A stretch of DNA of 64,000 nt from Pristiophorus japonicus (Eukaryota). Of this stretch, positions 39,217-51,581 are shown one piece after another. Position 1 is the stretch's first letter. Each line of letters starts with the position of its first letter. Below the pieces are notes generated by a model. The model saw nothing but the letters and a program-made list of their open reading frames with translations. It did not search any database and was not told the DNA's origin. The translations under genes were made by a program, and so were the position numbers. The stretch is from assembly GCF_044704955.1 (NCBI RefSeq), contig NC_091986.1, forward strand, positions 191,456,001 to 191,520,000, in the 5' to 3' direction.

Positions 39217-42200
39217 TGTTATGTATGTAATAACTCGATAGACTGAATACTGTAAACTAACACAGGTCTGAACCCGGCTCTGCTTTATTCGGGCCCAAAG
39301 TGAATACATTACGTGATGGCTTGCCTTTTATACCTGGGCCGCACACATGTGTGTACAGCCCAATGACCTCCGACAGTCGCGCCACCTGGTGGCTAGTAAC
39401 CCCAAGCATACATACATGACAATATCCTCCTTTAAGATATTAGTAACAGTCTTTTTACAAATTGAGACGGTCCGGGGCGTTCCGCTCCCGAGTTGATCAT
39501 CTCCGTTCAACTCCAACCTTGGGCGAGCGTACTGAGTCTGTTATGACTGGGGGCTGGGTAGCCAACCTGATAGGAGTGGCAATGACCACGTCAGGGATTG
39601 AAAGTCAAGATTCATTGATGACAGCGGAGTCCTCTGATGACTGAGGGTAGGTTGGTTGGTCACTGATTGTGTCTTCCTCAGACTGTTCTGGTTCATCCCT
39701 ATGCCACAGCTTTATCTGATCAACATGTTTCCTGCATGTTTGCCCATTCTTGAGCTTGACAATAAACACTCTGTTACCCTCCTTGGCCATAACAGTACCG
39801 GTGATCCACTTGGGACCTTGACCATAATTTAGTACATACACAGGATTGTTAACAGAAATGTCGCGTGACACAGCAGCACGATCATGATACCACTGCTGAC
39901 TTTGACGTCTGTCTTTAACATGATCGTTCAAGTCAGGGTGGACAAGAGAGAGCCTGGTCTTGAGACCTCTCTTCATCAATAGTTCAGCAGGGTGACCCCG
40001 GTAAGTGTGTGGGGTCTTGTCCTGTAATTAAGCAATATGCGTGACAAGCGAGTCTGCAGTGAACCTTGAGTTACACGTTTCATACTCTGCTTAATGGTTT
40101 GGACAGCACGCTCTGCTTGACCATTAGATGTGGGTTTGAATGGTGCTGACCTCACATGTTTGATACCATTGAGTTTCATGAACTCTTGAAACTCCAGACT
40201 AGTGAAGCAAGGTCCGTTGTCGCTTACAACGATGTCGGGCAGACCATGAGTGGCAAACATGACACGAAGGCTTTCAATAGTAGCTGTGAATGTACTGGAT
40301 GACATGATTATACACTCTATCCACTTGGAATATGCATCCACCACAACTAAAAACATCTTTCCCAGGAAGGGACCTGCAAAGTCGATGTGGATCTGGACCA
40401 TGGTTTATATGGCCACGACCACAGACTCAACGGCGATTCCACTGGTGCTTTACTTAACTGCATGCAAGTGTTACACTGATGCACACATGATTTCAGATCA
40501 GAGTCAATTCCAGGCCATCATACATGAGACCTGGCAATGGCTTTCATCATGACAATACCGGGATGAGTGCTATGTAGATCATGTACAAATTTCCCTCTGC
40601 CTTTCTTAGGCATAACAACACGATTATCCCACAGTAAACAATCTGACTGAATGGATAGTTCGTCTTTGCAATGGTTGTAAGGTTTGGTCTCATCACCCAT
40701 TTGCTTGGGTATGGCAGACCAAGCACCACTAAGGACACAACGTTTCACAACTGATAATATCGGGTCCTGGCTGGTCCAGGTCTTAACTTTTTGAACCATG
40801 ACAGGGGTTCCTTCACTTTCAAAAGCATCCATGACTAACAGTAGGTCCACAGGTTGTGGCATCTCCATCTCCAGTGTGGGCAACGGCAGACTGCTCTGTG
40901 CATCGGCACAATTCTCGGTGCTAGGTCTTTGGCGAATGATATAATCATAGGCAGATAATGTCAGCGGCCACCTCTGGATGTGGGACGATGCATTTGTATT
41001 GATACCTTTGTTTTCCAAAAACAATGAAATGAGTGGCTTGTGATCTATTTCCAGTTCAAACCGAACACCAAATGATGCATCTTTTTAACCCCATATACAC
41101 AGACTCATGCTACTTTTTCTACCATGCTGTAGGCTTTTTCCGCCTTTGACAAACTTTTAGAAGCATATGCAACAGGTTGTAGTTTACCTGACTCAAAAGC
41201 TTGTTGGAGCATGCAACCAACTCCATATGACGAAGCATCACAGGCCAATATTAGATGCTTACACGGATCATAATACACCAGCAGCTTGTTAGAACAAAGC
41301 AGATTAGTAGCTTTCTCAAAAGCTCTGTCTTGAGATGCACCCCAAACCCAGTTGTCGCCTTTTCTTAGCAGCATGTGCAGTGGCTCTAATAAAGTGCTCG
41401 CGGTAGGAAATTACCGAAGTAGTTGAGTAGACCAAGGAACGAACGCAGCTCCGTCACATTCTGAGGCTTGGGTGCATTTTTGATGGCCTTGGTTTTCGAG
41501 TCCGTAGGCCTGATGCCGTCAGCAGCAATTTTCCTCCCCAGGAATTCAACTTCCGGTGCCATGAAGACGCACTTCGAACGTTTCAATCTGAGTCCCACTT
41601 TGTCCAGACGATGTAGAACCTCTTCCAAGTTGTTCAGATGTTCAGCGGTGTCACGATCTGTGCACACGACGGTTCTAGGGACACACTTCAGCAGACTCTC
41701 CATGTTCCTCTGAAATATGGCTGTAGCCGAGCGAATTCTGAAAGGATACCTGTTGTAGATAAACATTCCTTTATGAGTGTTGATGCGCGTAAGTTTCTTC
41801 GACGTCTCGACCAGCTCCTGTGTCATGTAGGCCGACGTCAAATCCAGTTTAGTGAATGACTTCATCCTGGCTAGCGTTGCAAACAGGTCATCAGCCTTCG
41901 GTAACGGGTATTGATCCTGCTTCGAAACTCGGTTGATCATAACCTTGTAGTCTCCCCAAATCCTGACAGTGCCATCATTCTTCAACACAGGAACAATGGG
42001 GCTGGCCCATTCGTTAATTTCGACCGGTAATATGACCCCTTCACACTGGAGTCTGTCTAGTTCAATTTCGACCTACTCCCTCATCATGTACAGAACCGCC
42101 CGAGCTTTATGATGGACGAGTCTTGTATCCAAGTCCACCTTGGCTCCCGTGAATTTTCTGATGCCTGGTTCAAACAGCGAGGGGAACTTGCTCAGCACAC

Positions 42201-45200
42201 GAGCACATGGAGTATTATCCTCCTCCGACAATGCTTTGGTATCGTTCTAATTCCATTTGATTTTCTCTAGCCAATTCCTGCCAAACTGCGTGGACCATTG
42301 CCTGGAACAATCCAAAACGGTAAATTATGAAATGCACCATCATACGACACCTTGACTACTGCACTGCCAATCACCGTTATGACTTCTTTAGTGTACGTAC
42401 GCAATTTGGCATTAGAAACATAGAAAATTGGTGTAGGAGCAGGCCATTCGGCCCTTCGAGTCTGCACCATCATTCAATATGATCATGGCTGATCATGCGA
42501 CTTCAGTACCCCACTCTTGCCTTCTCTCCATATCCCTTGACACCTTTAGCCATAAGGGCCACATCTAACTCCCTTTCGAATATATCCAACGAACTGGTCA
42601 CAACAACTTTCTGTGGTAGAGAATTCCATAGGTTACAATTCTCTTGGTGAAAAAGTTTCTCCTCATCTCGGTCCTAAACGGCTTACCCCTTATCCTTAGA
42701 CTGTGACCCCTGGTTCTGGACTTCCCTAACATTGGGAACATTCTTCCTGCATCTAACCTGTCCAATCCCGTCAGAATTTGATATGCTTCTATGAGATCCC
42801 CTCTCATTCTTCTAAATTCCAGTGACTATAAGCCTAGTCGATCCAGTCTTTCTTCATATGTCAGTCCTGCCATCCTGAGAATAAGTATGGTGAACCTTCG
42901 CTGCACTCCCTCAATAGCAAGAATGTCCTTCCTCAGATTAGGAGACCAAAACTGCACACAATACTGAAGGAGTGGTCTCTTCAAGGCCCTGTGCAACTGC
43001 AGCAAGACTTCCCTGCTCCTATACTCAAATCCTCTCGCTATGAAGGCCAACATGCCATTTGCTTTCTTAACTGCCTGATGTACCTGCATGCCTACTTTCA
43101 ATGACTGATGTACCATGACACCCAGGTCTCTTTGCACCTCCCCTTTTCCTAATCTGTCACCATTCAGATAATAATCTGCCTTCCTGTTTTTGCCACCAAA
43201 GTGGATAACCTCACACTTATCCACATTATACTGCATCTGCCATACATTTGCCCACTCACCTAACCTGTCCAAATTAACCTGCAGCCTCTTATAGCATCCT
43301 CCTCACAGCTCACACTGCCACTCAGCTTAGTGTCATCTGCAAACTTGGAGATATTACATTCAATTCCTTCGTCTAAATCATTAATATATATTGCAAATAG
43401 CTGGGGTCCCAGCACTGAACCTTGCGGTACCCCACAAGTCACTGCCTGCCATTCTGAAAAGGACCCGTTTATTCCCACTCTTTGCTTCCTGTCTGCCAAC
43501 CAGTTCTCTATCCACGTCAATACATTACCCCCAATCCCCTATGCCTTAATTTTGCATACTAATCTCTTGTGAGGGACCTTGTCAAAAGCCTTTTGAAAGT
43601 CCAAATACACCACATCCACTGGTTCTCCCTTATCCACTCTACTAGTTGCATCCTCAAAAAATTCTAGAAGATTTGTCAGCATGATTTCCCTTTCATAAAT
43701 CCATGCCGACTTGGACCGATCCTGTCACTGCTTTCCAAATGCGCTGCTATTACATCTTTAATAATTGATTCCAGCATTTTCCCCACTACCGATGTCAGGC
43801 TAACCGGTCTATAATTCCTTGTTTTCTCTCCCTCTTTTTTTAAAAAGTGGGGTTACATTAGCTACCCTCCAATCCATAGGAACTGATCCAGAGTCCACGG
43901 AATGTTGGAAAATGACCACCAATGCATCTACTAATTCTAGGGCCACTTCCTTAAGTACTCTGTGATGCAGACTATCAGGCCCTGGGGATTGATTGGCCTT
44001 CAATCCCATCAATTTCCCTAACACTATTTTCTGACTAATATGGATTTCCCTCAGTTCCTCCTTCTCGCTAGACCCTCGGTCCCCTAATATTTTCGAGAGG
44101 TTATTTGTGTCTTCCTTAGTGCAGACAGAAGATTGACTGGACTTAGCTTAGGCCTCACAGCTTTAGTATCCCACAGCTTGTCGAATGACCTCTGGCTCAT
44201 TATTGATTGACTCGCACCTGTGTCCAATTCTATCGGTACCGGCACACCATTAAGTTTCACATTAATCATTATCGGTTGGCTCTTTCTTAGGAACGAATAC
44301 AGTCCATACACTTCCTCCTCTGGTATCTCGGGTTGCATATCCAGATCCGTGCTATATTGGTCATCATCCTCCACATGACGTGTCGTAGCGCGCTTGCTCA
44401 GTTGCGGACACATGCGCTGGAGATGCCCCAGTCGCGAACAGCCTTTACAAATGTACTGTTTAAACCTACACTGATGATTGCCCCCACAACGCGGTGAAAT
44501 CGGATTCATTCCCATTGGCGGACTTTGGGCAGCCACAGGTTTCGCATACGCAGTCGTGTAGGCCCTGCCATACGCAGTTCTGCCAAACGACGACATAATC
44601 TTGTTTACAGTACTTGCCGAGTTCCGATTTTTCAATGATATCTGCTTTAAGTTTTTGTCCGTCATCATGCATGCCTGGGCAATCGTGATGGTCTTGCTCA
44701 AATCCAGCATCTCCGTCGCAAGTAGCTTACGCAGGATCACGTCATGGTTGATGCCGATTACAAAGAAGCCCCTCAGCATGTCTCCCAATGCGTTTTCGAA
44801 CATACACGGTCCAGCTAGACGTCTTAGGTCGGCAACGAATTCCGACACATCCTGGCAATCAGAACGAACGTGCTTGTAGAATCGATATCGTGAGATGATG
44901 ATGCCTTCTTCTGGTTTGAGATGGTCACGTACCAGAGCACACAATTCCTCATAGTCCTTGTCCGTTGGACTTGCAGGTGAGAGAAGATTCTTTATGAGTC
45001 CATAAATTTTCGGACCACAAACCGTGAGGAAGACCGCCCTGCACCTAACTGCGTCAGTGGGTTCCTCCATTTTGTTGGCCATGAAGTACTGGTCCAGGCG
45101 AGCTACAAAATCTGCCCAGTCCTCTCCCTCCACGAATCTCTTGAGAATTCCAATTATGCTCATTTTTGCATGCGAAGGTTCTTAAGTTACCTTGTCACCA

Positions 45201-45396
45201 AATGTTATGTATGTAATAACTCGATAGACTGAATGCTGTAAACTAAAACAGGTATGAACCTGGCTCTGCTTTATTTGTGAATACATTACATGATGGCTTG
45301 CCTTTTATACCTGGGCCGCACACATGCGTACAGCCCAATGACCTCCGACAGTCACGCCACCTGATGGCTAGTAACCCCAACCATATGTACATGACA
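39217..45396 (-). mobile_element. Gypsy LTR retrotransposon (element 3, different LTR family), interrupted by a CR1
   Basis: 5' LTR 45203-45396, 3' LTR 39217-39421 (TG...CA); TSD AAATG; PBS TGGTGACAAG; PPT AAAGGAGGA; gag-protease ORF 44084-45163; RT, RNase H and integrase fragments. Confidence 0.96.
42414..44130 (-). mobile_element. Younger CR1 LINE nested in the protease region of element 3
   Basis: RT motifs KSPGPD-like and [10 protein letters not shown]; the Gypsy frame KLSPVN|AKLRTYTK rejoins across it with ATT duplicated. Confidence 0.94.
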
Positions 45397-45460
45397 AAAT
45401 GGGCGACCCCTTATTCCAAAACTATGCACAACTAGTTCTAGATTCCCCCATGAGGGGGAA

Positions 45461-45536
45461 CATCACGATTGCCCAGGCATGCATGACGACGGACAAAAAC
45501 TTAAAGCAGATATCGAAAAATCGGAACTCGGCAAGT
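45461..45536 (+). repeat. 76 bp inverted copy of element 3 gag (44612-44690) at the 5' junction of a CR1
   Basis: Matches the reverse complement of 44612-44690 except for 1 substitution and a 3 bp gap. Confidence 0.93.
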
Positions 45537-46513
45537 TACATTAATGATTTAGACGAAGGAATTGAATGTAATATCTCCAAATTTGCAGATGACACTAAGC
45601 TGGGTGGCAGTTGTGAGCTGTGAGGAGGATGCTAAGAGGCTGCAGGGTGACTTGGACAGATTAGGTGAGTGGACAAATGCATGGCAGATGCAGTATAATG
45701 TAGATAACTGTGGGGTTATCCACTTTGGTGGCAAAAACAGGAAGGCAGAATATTATCTGAATGGTGACAGATTAGGAAAAGGGGAGGTGCAACGAGACCT
45801 GGGTGTCATGTTACATCAGTCATTGAAAGTTGGCATGCAGGTATAGCAGGCGGTGAAGAAGGCAAATGGTATGTTGGCCTTCATAGCAAGAGGATTTGAG
45901 TATAGGAGCAGGGAGGTCTTACTACAGTTGTACAGGGCCTTGGTGAGGCCACACCTTGAATATTGAGTACAGTTTTGGGCTCCTAATCTGAGGAAGGACA
46001 TTCTTGCTATTGAGGGAGTGCAGCGAAGGTTCACCAGACTGATTCCTGGGATGGCAGGACTGACATATGAAGAAAGACTGGATCGCCTAGGCTTATAGTC
46101 ACTGGAATTTAGAAGAATGAGAGGGGATCTCATAGAAATATATAAAATTCTGATAGGATTGGACAGGTTAGATGCAGGAAGAATGTTCTCGATGTTGGGG
46201 AAGTCCAGAACCAGGGGTCACAGACTAAGGATAAGGGGTAGGCCATTTAGGAAAGAGATGAGGAGGACCTTCTTCATTCAGAGAATTGTGAACCTGTGGA
46301 ATTCTCTACCACATAAAGTTGTTGAGGCCAGTTCATTAGATATATTCAAAAGGGAGCTAGATGTGGCCCTTATGGCTATAGGGATGAAGGGGTATGGAGA
46401 GAAAGCAGGAATGGAGTACTAAAGTTGCATGATCAGCAACTTTTTGAATGGTGGTGCAAGCTCGAAGGGCCGAATGGCCTACTCCTGCACCTATTTTCTA
46501 TGTTTCTATGTTT
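45537..46513 (+). mobile_element. Younger CR1 LINE, 5'-truncated
   Basis: [22 protein letters not shown] through the (TTTCTATG)n tail. Confidence 0.93.
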
Positions 46514-48534
46514 CTGCATCTACCTTGTCGAGCCCCCTCAGTATCTTATATATTTCAATAAGATTACCTCTTATTCTTCTAAACTCCAATGAGTATAGGC
46601 CCAACTTGCTCAACCTTTCTTCATAAGTCAACCCCTTCATCTCAGGAATCAATCTTCTCTGAACTGCCTCCAATACAAATATTTCCCTCCTTAAATAAGG
46701 AGGCTAAACTGTACGCAGTACTCCAGGTGTCCTCACCAATACCCTGTACAGTTGTAGCAGGACGTCTCTGCTTTTATACTCCATCCCCCTTGCAATAAAG
46801 GCCAATATTCCATTTGCCTCTCTGATTTTTTATTTTTCCTTCCAAAGTGGATAACCTCACACTTTCCCACATTATACTCCATCTGCCAAATGTTTGCCCA
46901 CTCACTTAGCCTGTCTATGTCCTTTTGCAGATTTTTTGTGTCCTCCTCATAACTTGCTTTCCCTCTTATGTTTGTATTATCAGCAAACTTGGCTACATTA
47001 CACTCGGTCCTTTCATCCAAGTCATTAATATAGATTGTAAATAATTGAGGCCCCAGCTCCAATCCCTGTGGCACCCACTAGTTACTGTTTGCCAACCGGA
47101 AAATTACCCATTTAACCCGACTCTTTGTTTTCTGTTAGTTAGCAAATCCGTTATCCATGCAAATATATTGCCCCAACCTCGTGAGCTTTTATCTTGTGCA
47201 ATAACCTCTTACGTGGCACCTTATCGAATGCCATCTGGAAATTCAAATACACCACATCCACTGGTTCCCCCTTACCCACCCTGCTCATTACATCCTCAAA
47301 GAACTCCAGCATATTTGTCAAACATGATTTCCCTTTCATAAAACCATGCTGACTCTGCTTGACTGCATTATGCTTTTCCAAATGTCCTGCTACTGCTTCC
47401 TTAATAATGGACTCCAGCATTTTCCCAATGACAGCTGTTAGACTAACTGGTCTATAGTTTCCTGCTTTCTGTCTGCTTCCTGAATCACTGGGTTGCCCCA
47501 GTGTCATCAAACAAGAAAACTAACAAAAGTGTCCCCTTTTTAGCGAGGCACAACTAATAGAAAACTATGTCGACTATGCCCTCCACTCTCTGCGGTGCCC
47601 ACCAGCCGTGGAAGGCCTCAAGTGTACCGCACATTGCGTGCTCCTTCTCTAGCCATAGATGTTGACTGACCTGCTGTGTGTTTCTGGCATTTTCTGTTTT
47701 TGTCAATCACACTGACTTTCTGGTTTCAGTTAGATTGGTGTCATTGGTAGCTGGATCACTAGTAAGGAGCAGCACATTATTATGGAGTACTTCAGCTGAA
47801 AGGGAGGGGTGCAAAAATCTCATCCAACTCTTATTTGTTTGTATTCCATTTGCCATGGCTTAACATGGAGCAGTATTTAGGGTCATGTAAATGTCTAGCT
47901 GAGATTGGATACTGATATGTTGGTGAGTAATAGTCCGATTGATTTAGCATACTGCAACAGAAACTGTTATATGCTATTGTATTTTTTTACAACATTTTTG
48001 AGTTAGACCCTAAATTTCAGCTGTAATGAAAATTACTGAATAAATATCTGCATGTCAGACTTTCAATGGTTAAGCCTCATGGAATAAATTAATCAGATGG
48101 ATTTAAAATCAACTTCATAATTGAAAGCATAACATGATAATACAGGAACAAAGATTTGTGTGGGGACAGTTAAGTATAATAATGTAACACGGGTTCATCT
48201 TGCCAGGCTATGTGCCAGGTAACCAGTGCCATCGCAATGAATCCCATTCAAAGGGAACTAGAAAAACAAAGTGGATTTTAAATGTGTATAAATGTACGGT
48301 GATGTGTCTACTAGTAAAGATGGCAAAAGAAAGTAATTTGGATGAAATGATTGACCATTTATTGAAATCTGAGTCAAAGTAAAGGTGCTATCAACAGGGC
48401 TGTCATACATTTCAAAAAAGTTTAATAACATGTTATTTTAGCCTTCTACATTTTATTTGTAAGGGCAAATTTGAAATATACTCAACAATTTGGGCCTATT
48501 ACTTTCAAATGGACATTATGCATTAGAGAGTACA

Positions 48535-49660
48535 TCAAGTCTACACCACAGAAACAGGCCATTCATCCCAACTTGTCTATGCCGGTGTATATGCTCCACA
48601 TGAGCCACCTCCCACCCTTTTTCATCTAACCCTATCAGCATAGCCTTCTTTCCATTTTCCCATTATGTGCTTATCTAGCTTACCCTTAAATGCATCTATA
48701 CTATTCACTTCAAATACTCCTTCTTCCACATTTTTACCAATCTTTGGGTAAAGAACTTTTTCCTGAATTCCGTATTGGATTTATTTGTGACTATCTTATA
48801 TTTAAGACCTCTAGTTTTGGTCTCCCCCACAAGTGGAAACATTTTCTATGCCTACTTCATCAAAATCTTTTATTATCTTAAAGACCTCTATCAGTTTACC
48901 CCTCAACCTTCAATTTTCTAGAGAAAAGACCCCCAGCCTGTTCAGTCTTTTGTGATCGTTATGATCTCTCAGTTCTGGTATCATCATTGTGAATAATTTT
49001 TGCATCCTCTCCAATGTCTCTATATCCTTTTTATAATGTGGAGACCAGAACTGTGCATAGTACTCCAAGTGTGCTCTAACCCAGGTGCTATACAAGCTTA
49101 ACGTAAGTTCTCTGTGTGTATCTATACTTCTAGATCCCTTTGCTCCTCTACCCATTCAGACTCGTTATATAAGCAGTATGTTGCCTCCTTATTCTTCCGA
49201 CTAAAATGCACCAGCTCACACTTATCTACATTGAAATTAATTTGCCAATTACATACCCATTCTACAAGTTTATTAATGTCTTATATTTGTTGTATTCTTC
49301 CTTTGTGTTAACTACACCTCCCCAATTTGATGCTGTCTGCAAATTTGGAACTTGTACTTCTGATCATTGGACCTAAATCTTTAATGTAAATTGTGAACAA
49401 CAGTGGTCCTAGCACCGACCCCTGTGGAACATCACTTCCCACCTTTTGCCAGTCTGCGTAGCTACCCTTATCCCCTACTCTCTGTTTTCAGTTTTGTAAG
49501 CAGCTTGCTATCCATTCCGCTACCTGTCCCCTGACTCCACATTGCTCCGCTCTGATCTGAGTCATGAGTCTGCGATAGCTTATCAAAGGCTTTTTTGAAA
49601 ATCCAAATATATTACATCTACTGCATTATCCTTGTCTACTCTTTCTGTTGCTTCTTCGAA
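48535..49660 (-). mobile_element. Old CR1 fragment
   Basis: HLEYYAQFWSPHYKKDIETLE; GVFSLE. Boundaries approximate. Confidence 0.82.
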
Positions 49661-51581
49661 GAGTAAATCGAGAAGAGCAACTAGACTTGGATGGGGGTCT
49701 CATAGAATGAAGACTGCAAGGAAACATGGTTCAGGTCGATTGAGATTTAAAATGGACAGACAATATATATATGTAATTAGTTTATTTTACTTCTAACTGT
49801 GAATGAAAGGACATAAGTACAAAATTAATAATCCTAAAATAAGGCTTGGAGATGAAAAGTTTGATTTCCTCAGAAAACTAAATATGCAGAATAGACATGC
49901 ATCAGATTATTAATGTTCTGGTCAAGAAATAGATGGATAACTATCTGGCTAAGAATGAGATTTAGAAACATATATGTGTAGGCATAAGTCAATCAGATAT
50001 TCTATGGAACATCATTTCTGTGCTGCTGGAACTAGCGAAATGTCATAAACTAAGTATCTTTGGGGTTAGATTAGCTTCAGGACAAGTCTGGTGATAAAAG
50101 ATTGGAAAAGAGTCACCATTCCATGGCAGACTGGTAATTGGATACTTGAGTTTTGCAGCACGCCAAAGCACTATTGATTGATCAACTAGCTTGGCTCATT
50201 AATGGGAACTGGAAGGGTAAACTTGTTACTCATGGCTGGGATTGACTAGGTTTGACCTGTAGCTCCTTTTCAATCCAATTCAATTGGTTCTCACCATATT
50301 CCAGCTAACCCTTCAAGCCAGTACCTAACAGGCAAGAGGATCCCAGGTGGAGAAGCAATGGAAAGCTTACCAGTACATTTTAGCTGGTTAAACTTAAGCA
50401 GTGTCCTTGCACGTACTTGGGGATCACCCCACCTTGGTTGTCGCTAACTTGTCCTAAACTCTCTATATTTCAGTAAGTGGGATATGTCTCATTAGTTTTG
50501 TCTGGAGACATTTGAGCAACGTGCTGGGTTTCTGTGTTTCCAAAAATAAGGTTGGGTTGATAACCAGGAATTTTTACTTCGTTACCTCCAGATATGCAGC
50601 TGAAATTTCACTGAGCTAGACCTCAGATGTTTTATCAGTGAATATTCATCTCCCTCAGCATACAATGACCGGTAGACTATCAATAAATAATTCCTTAGAA
50701 GGAGCGGAGTCATTTGGCCAAATTGCTTTATTTCATTCCATATGACTTTTTATTTTTCATTTTACAACTCTCAAGAGTATGGCAATTAGAAAACATGTGA
50801 TACTTCTGCTTGGAAAAGTTTCTAGGACAATGAATTCTCAAAGCCTTGAAACTTTCTATATTCCACAGAGCTCCAACAGTAACATTGTGGACTTGAATGC
50901 TGAAAATTTTGACTTGTAGGTCTTATTCAATGCAATTCCACAGGTTCTGTTGTTATATCCCCTGACTTAATCTTTCTATTCTCAAACTTGAATTGTCAAA
51001 TCTTCTCTGCATCCTGACACGACGACACCTACCCCACCCCAGAATGCATGTCAGGAATTTGATTCAACTGTGCCCCAGATTGTTGACTTTTAAAGGGAAT
51101 TGAAAGTACATTGAATTTTACTTTAAAGGAATACATTTTCAAATTATTGTCTTGCATTTTCAGCAGGGTGCAATTAGCTCTGTTCTATCTAAAGCAATGA
51201 TGCATCTTTCTTGTTCTGTGTGCTTGATTTATCTTTCTTGAGTCACAGTCAGAGAAAAGTATCAGGGTATAAAATGAACAGCACTGGCTGGAGAAGCTGG
51301 AAGAAGATATTGATTGCCCAGTACTGTAACAAAAGGATTTTCCATTTGCTTTCATTTTCACCTCCTTCATAATAACTTGAAGTAGGCCTTTCAAATTTAA
51401 AAAAAATGGTCAAAGTGAGATAATAATTTCAAGTTTATTTAATTGAGACAAAGTAGTATTTAATAAAGGGAGGATCTGCAAAATAACATTTGCAGGGCTG
51501 GATAGATCACGTAATTCTTAAATTGTGTAATTAATAATGCATCTGTGACCCTCAAATTATCCAGTGAAAGTTGAAAAGCAT

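Larger units (their letters stand above)
38950..47478 (-). mobile_element. Host CR1 LINE in three pieces (38950-39216, 45402-45464, 46514-47478)
   Basis: The pieces are collinear once the Gypsy element and the + strand CR1 are removed; GNYRPVSLT, QHGFMKGKSCLTN, FADNT. Confidence 0.88.

Noticed and set aside
1389-45396. Gypsy ORFs as intact, active or domesticated genes
   Set aside because: All three copies have multiple stops and frameshifts; no env-like extra ORF is visible.
51185-51394. Minus ORF as a coding exon from the 55.5 kb promoter
   Set aside because: No recognisable protein in any frame and no convincing donor.
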